DNA from: Selaginella moellendorffii
Taxonomy: Eukaryota; Plantae; Lycopodiophyta
NCBI RefSeq assembly: GCF_000143415.4
Contig: NW_003314315.1
Span: 881,991 to 945,990, forward strand
Direction: 5' to 3'
Length of the DNA stretch: 64,000 nt
This document shows positions 1-9,897 of the stretch, piece after piece. Within the stretch, counting starts at the first letter, position 1. Each line of letters begins with the position of its first letter. Made by a program: the position numbers and the translations under genes. The notes below the pieces were generated by a model. The model did no database searches. It was not told where the DNA came from and was given only the letters and a program-made list of their open reading frames with translations.

Positions 1-1130
1 CAAAGCCGAGAAGCCGCTGGTGGTTTTCGGGAAAGGTGCAGCTTTAAGCCGTGCGGAAGGTGCGATCAAGCAGTTTGTAGAACGGTCAGGAATACCATTT
101 CTAGCAACACCAATGGGCAAGGGAGTCATTTCGGACACGCACCATCTTTCTGCTGGGGCTGCTCGTTCGCTGGCACTCCGTGAGAGTGATGTTGCACTGG
201 TAATTGGAGCTAGATTAAACTGGCTACTACACTTCGGCGAGCCTCCACAGTGGTCCGACTCCGTTAAGTTCATCTTGGTCAACACTTCTAAAGAGGAAAT
301 GGAACTACGACGCCCAGCTGTGAAACTCGTTGGCGATGCAAGGATGGTTATGACGGAACTAAACAAACAGTGGAAGGACTCTCCTTTCTCTCTAGGCGAC
401 AAGCATCCTTGGGTGGAGAAGTTGAAGAATAAAGCCAGTGACAGCGTCGAGAAGATGGCTGCGAGGCTGAAGCAGGACGTTGTTCCTTTCAACTTTTTGA
501 CTCCGTTGAGGATTATTCGCAATGCGATCTCGTCTTTAGGCTCGCCAACTCCTATCCTCGTCTCCGAGGGAGCGAACACCATGGATATAGGACGGACTGT
601 CTTTCAACAGCTAGAGCCTCGAACGAGACTAGACGCTGGTACATGGGGAACGATGGGTATCGGGATGGGCTATTCAATTGCCGCTGCCGTGGAATCACCA
701 GGGCGCTTAGTTGTTGCTGTCGAGGGAGACTCTGGCTTTGGCTTCAGTGGTTTCGAACTGGAGGTACGTCTTTTTTTTTCTTTACGTAGCATGGTTTCTT
801 ATGTTTTGGCTGCAGACAATAGTTCGATACAACCTCCCGATCGTGGTGATCATCTTTAACAACGATGGAGTGTATGGTGGCGATCGGAGGACTCCGGAAG
901 ACAAAGAGGGGCCACTCAAGGACTTCCCGGCACCGACGTCCTTCATTCCGTGCGCTCGCTATGACAAAGTGATGGAAGCGTTCGGTGGCAGTGGCTACTT
1001 TGTGAAAGAGCCCAAGGAGCTGGAGTCTGCAGTGAACGAGGCATTTGCAAGCAAGAAGCCAGCTCTGATCAACGTTAGAATCGATCCATTTGCCGGCTCG
1101 GAGAGCGGCAGAATGCATCACAAGAACTAA
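1..1130 (+). CDS. HACL: 2-hydroxyacyl-CoA lyase / oxalyl-CoA decarboxylase-like TPP enzyme (5'-truncated by the window edge; intron 764-815)
   Basis: Motifs RLDAGTWGTMGIG and the TPP-binding GDSGFGFSG...FNN. A 52-nt GT-AG intron joins ORF 20..859 to ORF 711..1130 in frame. Ends ESGRMHHKN*. Confidence 0.9.
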
Positions 1131-1204
1131 ACCCGGCACAGGTTTGCGTGTCTAGTATTTTTCACTACTACTCTTTCCATGTAAAATAACAGGTTCCAGG
1201 GAAT

Positions 1205-3283
1205 TCAGAGAGCCTCAGTTGCTTGGGCCTCAGACTTGTCCCCGGACTTCATCTTCCGGAGCTCACTGAAGAGGATATCAGTCTTCGCGTTCGGCCGTGC
1301 ACCGTCCTGGAGCATCCTCTCAACGAATCCATACGCCGGTCTCTTGGCATTCACGTAAGCCAGCAGCAGCTTGTTATACACCGCATTGTTCACCCAGTAA
1401 CCCGCCAGCTTCCAGTCCTCGAGGATCTGCTCGGCCCTCTCCACGTCCGGGATCGCAGCCAGAGCTCCGAGAACAAGCGTTAGAGAAGCAGGCAGCGGCC
1501 TCGACCTCGGGTTCCTGGTACCAGTCACCTGGGACTCCCTCAACCAAGTGATCGCTTCCTCGGTATTGCCAGCTTTGAGGTACATGTCGACGAGGTGGAA
1601 GTAGCACCAGGGATCCATCTGGACGCCGAGCTCCTCCTTCATCCTGCGCACCAGCTCTTCGGCCCGAGCAGTTAGCCCGAGGATGGAGTAGACGTACAAC
1701 ATGGCACTGAACATCGGGGAGCTGCCAAGTTTTCCCAGGCTCTCGGCGTCCTTGAACAGCCTCTCGGCCCTCTCGACTTCACCGAGCTTCCCCCACGACT
1801 TGATGACGCAGATGAAGTCCTGGCTGATCGGGTCCCCGAGCTTGAGCAGCTCCTTCCAGGCTCGCTGGACGCCGGCCGGGTTCTTGGCGGTGGCGTACAT
1901 GGTGATGAGCGTGTTGTAGGCAGTCCGGAGCTTTGGAAACTGGCCGATCTCCATACCGTGCTCGATGGTCTGGAGGACTGCGAGAGCTTTGTCGAAGAGC
2001 TCGTCGCTGGCGTAGCAGCTCGCCATGGTCACGTAGGTGGAGATGTGAGCTTTCTCGCGCCGGCTCGACTTGATGCTTTGGAAGGCTTGCTCCGCGGACT
2101 CGATGCCTTCGACCTTGTACTTGGCGGACAGGAGGATGTTCTCGGAGCACATATCCAGCTGAATCCCGAGCTCCCGAGCTTCGTCCGCGAGATTGAGCAC
2201 CTTCTCCTCGAGACCTCTCCGTCGGTAGAGCGTGGCCATCAAGTTGAAGGTGTAAGGGGTGGTGATCATCTTCTCGTCCCGGAGCTTTTCATAGACGACC
2301 TCGGCCTTGCGCAGCATCTTGGATTTGGTGTATGCCAGCAGCAGCGCGTTGTAAGCCTCCTCCTTCTTGTGCTCGTCGGGGAGCTTCTGGAAGATCCTCT
2401 CGGCCATTTGGAACCAGCCGCAGCGGCCGTGGAGCTCCACTCTGCGAATGTCGTCCTTGATCTCGTGAGGAACTGGCTTCTTCGCTGCCATCCAGTTCGC
2501 GATCTGTGCAACAAAGACGAGTTTGAGTTTGATATCATCCAGGAGGTAGCAAGGAAAAAACTTTCAGAGGGATGGAAGCTTGGAGGAACTTAGTCTGCAA
2601 GAACTTGGAAGCTCTTGATCACTATAGAAGCTTGGAAGAACTGGAATGAAGTGCGCAAAGAAAATCCAGGAGGTAGCAAGATCTTAGTAGGACGAGATCA
2701 CTATAGAAGCTTGGAAGAACTCGAATGGAGGAGTGAGCAAAGAAAGAGGAGAAGAGCTTCCTACCTTGACGGCATGGACGTGGCGATTGCGCTTCTTGAG
2801 CTTGCGAATGACGAACAAGAAGGTGTGCTTGGTGGCCAGGTTTCCCTCCTTGATCCACTTCCTCACCTCGGGGACAACCAGCGAGACCTGTGTGCGCTTG
2901 AGCCTGGCGATGTTACTGGCGAGATGCGTCGCCGCCGGGTAATCCACATCGTCCCAGTAGTCATTCTCCTCGTACTGATCCTCCTCCTCCTGCTCCTCCT
3001 CGATCTCGTGAATCGACCGCGTGTCCAGCTCCGAATCGCTGCTCTCCTCCTGCTCCGCCAGCATCTCCTTGATCATGGACGATTCCGACTGGCAGCGCGT
3101 TGTGGCGATCCCGGAGATGGATCTTCTGGAGGGAGAAGAGAGGAGGAGAGGATAGACGTGGCACCTGCTTAAATTCGAGAATGCCGGTGGCCTCGCGATG
3201 ACGTCGAGCGAATAGGAGCAAGAAATCGAAGAGAATGCCGCCATAGCTCGGCACACTCGCAATCCTCCACTGCTCATACCCAT
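1205..3283 (-). CDS. P-class pentatricopeptide repeat protein, organelle-targeted (2 exons; intron 2504-2764)
   Basis: Exon 1 has an Ser/Arg-rich transit-like N-terminus, an acidic patch and ...LKKRNRHVHAVK. It splices to IANWMAAKK followed by 35-aa PPR repeats (AYNALLLAY, YNTLITMYA, YNKLLLAY). The start Met (3283 or 3244) is uncertain. Confidence 0.88.
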
Positions 3284-3384
3284 TTCAAGGTTTGGGGTTT
3301 ATCTTCCCCAAGAACCCTAATTCACATTAAACAAAATATTTTCACAAATAAAGATTTTATTAGCCAAAGTAATTTTCATGGCAT

Positions 3385-3456
3385 GGAGGTATAGCTCAGT
3401 GGTAGAGCAATCGGCTGCAGTCCGATAGGTCACCAGTTCGATCCTGGTTGCCTCCT
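3385..3456 (+). tRNA. trnC-GCA: tRNA-Cys (GCA)
   Basis: Full cloverleaf: acceptor stem GGAGGTA/TGCCTCC, D arm GCTC-AGTGGTA-GAGC, anticodon stem ATCGG/CCGAT with GCA at 3417-3419, T arm ACCAG-TTCGATC-CTGGT, U discriminator. An oligo-T Pol III terminator follows at ~3462. Confidence 0.96.
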
Positions 3457-3537
3457 AATAGTTTTTTGCGACTTTAAATTTAATTGGACTACTTTTTACT
3501 TTTTTACTGCAGGGTTTTAGGGATTAGGGTTTTTGCG

Positions 3538-5476
3538 ATGAGAGGATGGATGCTGCTGCGACGGATTTCCCAGGCCGGGCAATGCAGCCTCTTGCGGCGC
3601 GATGCGAGCAGCGATCGATCGTTCTCCAGCATTCTTGCCGCCAGAGCGCATTCTTTCTCTGTTTCTAGCCGGAGCGCGGAGGAGCAGGATGATTTCTCCG
3701 ATACCGACACCGGTTTTGCGCACAAGCTCGCCAAGCAGGCGGCTAAGATGGAATCTCCCAAGCTCGTGGATCTGTGTAACAAGATTGCGGCGCTGCGGCC
3801 AAGGGATTCCGGTCACGTAGTGCCGATGTTGAAGGAATGGGAAGAGGAAGGCAATGTGCTCGACAAGGAGATGCTTCGAGCGATCATGCTCAAGCTCCGG
3901 AAGTGGAAGCGTGGATCTCTCGCCCTCGAGGTACTGTACAAACAATGCGAATTCTTCCTTTGGTTCCTTCTTTTGTTTTCTCCCTTGTAATGTTGTGCTA
4001 CCATTTTTTTTTCCCGGTGATTCTTTCGTTTCTCGAGTTTTTCTTCTATTATTCAAGAATTTCACTCCTTTTTTTCCTTGCCTTGATCGTTCTCCTCGTT
4101 CCTTTCTTGAGAAATTTCTTTCTTTCCAATGACGAATGCTCAAAAGTTTTTGGTTTTCCTAACTTTCTCACATTCAAACTCCACAGGTTGCCGATTGGAT
4201 GTATTACACAAAACAGTTCCCGCAGGACCTGGACGACGTTATCCTCCGAATGGACATGGCTGTGCGTGCCAAAAAGATCCGGAGAGCTCAGAAGATTTTC
4301 AAGAAGCTTCAGGCGTGGGAAAAGACGACAGACGCGTACAACACGATGTTCTTGATCTTCTCCCAGCGTAAGATGATCCTCCATGCCGACGACTTCTACT
4401 ACAAGTTTAAGGAGGCCAAGCTGAAGCCCAACGATATCACTTTCAGCATACTGGCTTGCCTCTACCGGCGGTGTGGCTTGCACAACAAGGTGGTGAGGCT
4501 CCAGGAAGATATCGAGGCAGCAGGCATGAAGCCGTGCGTTTGCTTCCTGAACAACTTGATGGTGTCCAAGTACGAGCTTCACGGGATTTCTTCGGCCGAA
4601 GAGATTTTCAACCAACTGGTTCCTGCGGGATCTGACCTCAAACGCTCGCACTTGTCTACGTACTCGATGATGGCTGCCTCGTATTTGTCCGCGGGAATGC
4701 ACGACAAGGCCCAGAACTTGTTAGAGGTGATCGAGAAAGCCATGGACCAAGGCAGCTTTCCAAAGCTGCGGAGGACGTATCACATACTTATCTCCATGTA
4801 CAGCACCATGAAGAATAGGGATGGTATGGAGAGAGTCTGGAAGAAGATCGAAGACTTGAAAGCGCAGGACTACGTTGCTATGATCGAATCTTGTGGTCGA
4901 GCAGACGAGGTTGGTTCTGCCGAGAAGTACTTCAAGGAGGCGGACAGGAAAGGCTTGCTCAACCAGCCATCCTTGTTTGCGGCACTCTTGGGCGTCTACG
5001 CTGGGAAAGGACAGGCAGACAAGGCCGAGAAGCTCTTCAAGAAGATGAAAGAACAGGATGTTTCCCGGGACGCGCTGTGCTACCACTACATCATTCTTGC
5101 CAACCTCAACGCCAAAAACATCGATCGCGCGGTGGAAATCTTGGAGCTAGCAGAGGCTGCTGGAATGCGGGATGGACGCTCGAGGCCATTCCTAGGAACG
5201 TTTTGTGACGTTCTCAAAACGATTGCCAAGGAGACAGGGGATGTAGCTCTGGCCGAGACATTGCTGGCGGACTGGAGGAAGGGAAAGTATAGAACCGACA
5301 TCGCGGTCTACAATCATCTTCTTCGGGTCTACTTGAAAGCTGGGAAGCAAGTCCAAGGCCCCTTCCTCAAGAGACTGGCTGGGAACAACATGAAACCCAC
5401 ACGCGAAACTCACCAGCTGCTCCAGCAGCTCAGTGACGCTGGCGGAGAAGTCGTGACTGGCAACTATTATCTCTAG
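3538..5476 (+). CDS. P-class PPR protein, probably mitochondrial (2 exons; intron 3931-4186)
   Basis: MRGWMLLRRIS presequence-like start. ...GSLALE|VADWMYY junction across a GT-AG intron, followed by multiple PPR repeats. Confidence 0.88.
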
Positions 5477-5550
5477 ATTATCAGGTACATGGTTTACCTT
5501 TTCTTTCTTTTGGTGTGGGTCATTGTGAGCTGAGTTCTTTCTTGCAGGGA

Positions 5551-7365
5551 ATGTTGGCTGCTGTCATCGTTGTTCCAGTTGCGACGACCTTCGTTGCAAA
5601 TCCTTGGAGCAGAAATAGAGCCAGGTGTCCGGCTTTAGTTTCAGCTCCATGGCTGGCTGGGGCAGCAGCCAGCCGGACAGCTACACAGGTTTTGGGTTCG
5701 CAATACATCGCACAACAGGCTAGACAGCAGGAAGAGGAGGACGAAGAGGAATACGGTGCACAGGAAGAAGACTATGAGGATGTCGAGGACGAAGAAGATG
5801 CGGCCGATGAGCTGGGGAAGATTTACGAAAAGGATGAAGCCCGACTGGCTGGTGTAGATTTTAGCGCTGCCCAGCAGCTGTTGGAGGCTATTTGCGAGCT
5901 CAAAGACGAGCAATACATTCGCGTCCAGAGAATTGTGAGAGGATGGCTCAGGTCCAGAGACGTGGAAGTGGGGAAGCACGAGTTTGTATACGTGATGAGG
6001 CGACTGAGAAAGCGCAAGAGAGTCAAGCATGCACTAGAGGTACTGAGTGTTTCTATTTTTTTTCTTTGAAGATGGATTGTTTTCTTTTCTTTTCAGATTG
6101 CGGACTGGATGGCTCTCTCGAGACCAAGACCCTTCACTCTAACTACGAAGGACAATATTTTTCGAATGGACCTGGCGTCTCGCTGCGGATCTGTTGGCAA
6201 GGCCGAGAGGATCTTTGAGCGTCTTGCACCAGAGCACAGGTCCGAAGTTGCTTACAACGCTCTTCTTCTCAGCTACACCAAGAAAAAAAAACGGGGACGG
6301 GCCGAGAGACTTTTCAAAGAACTCAAAGCCACTGGTACCATCTCGTCATGCTACAGCCTGAACCTCCTGGCTTCGATGTATCGCCAGCTCGGCCTAGACG
6401 CGGAAGTTCTTATGCTGGCAAAGGAAGCACAGAAGCTGGGAGTTGAGCTCGATATGTGCTTCTACAACCTCCTCCTTCCAGCAAAGTTTAGAGTCCAGGG
6501 CCTGGAAGAAGTTGAGAAGCTCTACGCTACAATCACTTCTCCCAGGGACAGGACACGGTTCTTCACTTGCCTGGCCATGGCAAACATCTACGTCTCGGCT
6601 GGGAGGAACGACAAAGTGCTAGAGATGCTGGAGCTGATCGACCAAGGAATGGAAGCAGGGACGATAGTAAAGCAGCGCAGGAGATACAACGTCCTCATTT
6701 CCATGTACGCTTCTCTCGAAGACGGTGCTCGGGTGGAGAGGACGTGGGAGAGGCTTAAGCAGCAGCGACAGCCAAACACCGAGGACTACTGCTGCATCAT
6801 CCGAGCCTGGGGCAAGCTTGGACACGTCGTCAGGGCCGAGACGATCTTCCAGGTAGCCGAAGCCAACGAGAAGAGCCTCAAGTACTCGACGGTGTTTAAC
6901 GCCATGATGTTCGTCTACTCGGTCGCGGGGATGCGCGAAGAGGCCGAGGGGCTGGTCCAGAGGATGGAGTACGAGCTGGGTGTGAAGCTGGATCCGTGGT
7001 GCTACCACCATCTAGTGCTGCTCTACGCCAAGGCCGGAGACATCGGAAAGATGCTATCGACTTTGAGAGCTGCTCAAGCCGGTGGGAAGAAAGAGCGGCG
7101 ATTCACGCCGCTGGCGGCTACTCTGTGGGCTGCTCTCAACACTCTGGCGGATGCCGGGGACGTGGATACCGCCGAGGAGACGCTGACGAGGTGGAAGAGG
7201 TCGGGCTACCGGGTTACCACGGGGTTGTATAACAGGCTACTCAGGGCACACTTGGTTGCGGCCAGGCCAACGGAGAGATTCGTGGAGAGGATGCTTGTGG
7301 ATGGAGTCGTGCCCAATGGTGAGACGGAGAAGCTGTTCAACGAGCTCAAGGTGAAACTATCGTAA
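5551..7365 (+). CDS. P-class PPR protein (2 exons; intron 6040-6096)
   Basis: ...KRVKHALE|IADWMALS junction and PPR repeats. Clearly paralogous to 1205-3283 (shared ELGVxxDPWCYxHLV and FVERMLxDG). Confidence 0.88.
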
Positions 7366-7622
7366 GCATCGTATCAAATTTACATGGTGAAGGAGTGATG
7401 GAACAGAATGTTAGCGAAGAACTTTGGTGGTGGAGATCCAAGTGTTGCGAAGAACGCAAAAAATGGAAATACAATTTAGAGAATGAGAGAACAAGGAGGC
7501 CTTGTTCTTCATCTCTATATGGAAGAACACCTTAAATTCTTCTTAACTAGAATATTCAAGCATATTCTACATAAGGGGTTTAGGGTTTATCACTGTGAGA
7601 AGAATATTCTCGGAATATCCCC

Positions 7623-9821
7623 CTAGTTGAAAACTTCTAGCTTCTTGAGAAGTTTGTGAGTAGTCTCGTTGGGCTCCAGCTTGGCCTCCTTGATGCGATT
7701 CTCGATCCCCCAAGCCGGCTTCTGGCACCTCCGGTACACCTTGAGCAGCGCATTGAAGAGCCTGATATCGTAAGGATAGTGCTTCGTCTTGAGCACCTTC
7801 TCCACCATCTCCTCGGCTTTCTCCAGCTCCTTCTTCCCGGCGTAGGCCTCCAGCAGCGTCAGCACCGTGACGAAGAGTGGATTCTTGAAGCCTTTGGCCA
7901 GGCCTTTCTCCTCCGCCTCGCTAAACTTCTCCGTGGCCTTGACGAACTGGTGCCTGTTCACGTAGCCGGACACCAGGTAGTGGTAGCCCTTGAATCCCAG
8001 CTTGTACCGCAGCTCCTCCATCTTCTTGGCCGTTCTCTCAGCGTCGTTCATGAGGCCGTTCATGCAGTAGACTTTGAGCATCGTGAAGCACTGCCTCTCC
8101 GAGAGCTTCTGATTTTGAGCTTCCAGTTGCTTGCAAATCTCCTCGAACTGCTTCATCTCGCCGTTCATGCCGAAGGACTCGATCGCCGCCAGGAAGTAGG
8201 ACTCGGGCATGTACTCGGCCACTCGCTTCTGCTCCCTCCAGAGCCTCTCCACGTCCTTCTTCTTTCCCATGGCACCGTAGAGCCGGATCAGGTTCCTCCA
8301 CTCGAAGCCTGTTGGTATCTTGTCCACGTCCAGGAAGAACTCCTCGATCGTGTCCTCCAGATCGTCCATCCCGAGCGCGTCCCGGCTCTTCAGCAGGTTC
8401 AAGTACGTGAAGGCGTCGGGAGCGACGTTGGACTTGTCCTTGAGCTCCGCAAACATCTCCTTGGCCTCGTCGATTAGGCCCATCCGGAGGTACATGGCGA
8501 TGACGAGGTTGTAAGAGTAGGGATTGGTGATGAGAACCAGCTCCTTCATCTGCTTCAAGACGTCTAGAGCTCTTTCTTTCCTGTGGGCCGTCGCAAAGGC
8601 CTGGAGGAGCAGGACGTAGCACGTCTCAGTCTTGTCCTGGATCCGGTTGAAGCAAGTCAGCACTTTGTCCACCTTCAGCTCTCGAGTGTGGAAATCCATC
8701 CGGACCAAGTGATCGAAGTCCGTCAGCTGGAATGGCTTCTCCACGATGACCCAGTTCATGAGCTGGAAGGAAAAGAAAAACGTAAGAACGAAGCGAGAAG
8801 AAAACAAAGTTGGATCGAGCAAAGAGAGCGGAGAAAACAAAGCTGGATCGAACAAAGAGAGGAGGAAAGCAAAGTTGGATCAACCAGAGAAAGGGGAGAA
8901 AACAAAGTTGGATCGAGCAAAGCGAGCGGAAAGTTGAATAGAGGAAAGAGAGGAAAAAACAAAGCTGGCTAGAGCAAAGAGAGAGGAGAAACCAAAGTTG
9001 GATCAAGCGGAGAGAGGAGAAAATAAAGTCGGATCGTGCAAAGAGTGGAGATAACAAAGTTTGAAGCAAAGACTGAACAGAACACAAAGTTGGATCGAGC
9101 AAAGAGAGAGAGGAAAAACCAAAGTTGGATCAAGCGAAGAGAGGAGAAAATAAAGTCAGATCGTGCAAAGAGAGGAGATAAGAAAGTTTGAAGCAAAGAC
9201 TGAAAAGAAAACACAGTTGGATCGAGCAAAGAGAAAGAGAGAGAGAGAGGAGAAACCAAAGTTGGATCGAGCAAATAGAGAGAGACAGAGAGAGGAGAAA
9301 CCAAAGTTGGATCGAGAAAGAGAGAGGGAACTTACTTTCATTCCTTGGAAGTAGAACATCCGAGCGTGGAGCCGGATGATGAGCTTGTAGATCACATCCC
9401 TTGTGACGAGATTGCCTTCGCTTTGCCAATCCTTGAGCGCTGCAACGATGTCTCTATAGTTGCTTGGCTCGGCCTTCTTCCAAATCGCGTCTATGTGAGA
9501 CTGTAGTGTGCCGCTCGACGGTGGGATGGGAATCAGCGGCATCCGTGGCTCCCGCATTTCGTGCTCCACGAAGAATTTCTCCAGGGAGCGATCGTCCAGG
9601 GGTAGGACATGGAGCGCTCGCGTTCCTGGCGCTAGCACTAGCGCTGCTGGGGAGAAAATCCAGTGCCGGTTCACTGGCGCGATCGATCGAGCCGGGACAG
9701 CGACTCTTGCTCCAGAGCTAGACAATGCTGGTCCTGGCACCGCGATTGCGCTCGCGAAATGCCGCCTGTAGAAGAGAGGAGCTAGAGAGAATGCGAATGC
9801 AAGACGAGGAGGACGTACCAT
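7623..9821 (-). CDS. P-class PPR protein (2 exons; minisatellite-filled intron 8763-9335)
   Basis: ATG at 9821 (MVRPPRLAFAF...). ...FYFQGMK|LMNWVIVEK junction across GTAAG...CAG. PPR repeats (YSYNLVIAMY, FNALLKVY). Confidence 0.85.
8790..9330. repeat. Intronic minisatellite, ~31-33 bp unit, ~15 copies, with a ~127 bp higher-order duplication
   Basis: Recurrent GAGAAAACAAAGTTGGATCGAGCAAAGAGAG-like unit. Block ~8990-9116 is repeated at ~9117-9240. Confidence 0.92.
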
Positions 9822-9897
9822 CGCCGCGCTTGGCGTCCCAGCCGATGCATCGCTGATAAACCCTAAACCCGGCAGGATTTTAGGGTTCTTGGGAGGA
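9822..9897. promoter_or_regulatory. 76-bp head-to-head interval with telo-boxes
   Basis: AAACCCTAAACCC at 9858-9870 and TTAGGGTT at 9880-9887, between divergent ATGs 9821(-) and 9898(+). Confidence 0.6.

Noticed and set aside
1958-2593. Long antisense or alternate-frame ORFs over PPR, P450 and OTU genes (also 7656-8477, 17719-18357, 19440-20351, 60363-61106)
   Set aside because: Expected by-products of GC-rich codon usage, with no independent motifs.
7575-7588. TTTAGGG / CCCTAAA motifs as telomere remnants
   Set aside because: Only 1-2 units at each site, mostly near gene starts. These are ordinary telo-boxes.
8790-9330. CRISPR-like repeat/spacer appearance and ORFs 8583-9429
   Set aside because: It lies in a eukaryotic intron. 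The 'spacers' are related A/G low-complexity sequence and no cas genes are present. The ORFs are translations of the minisatellite.
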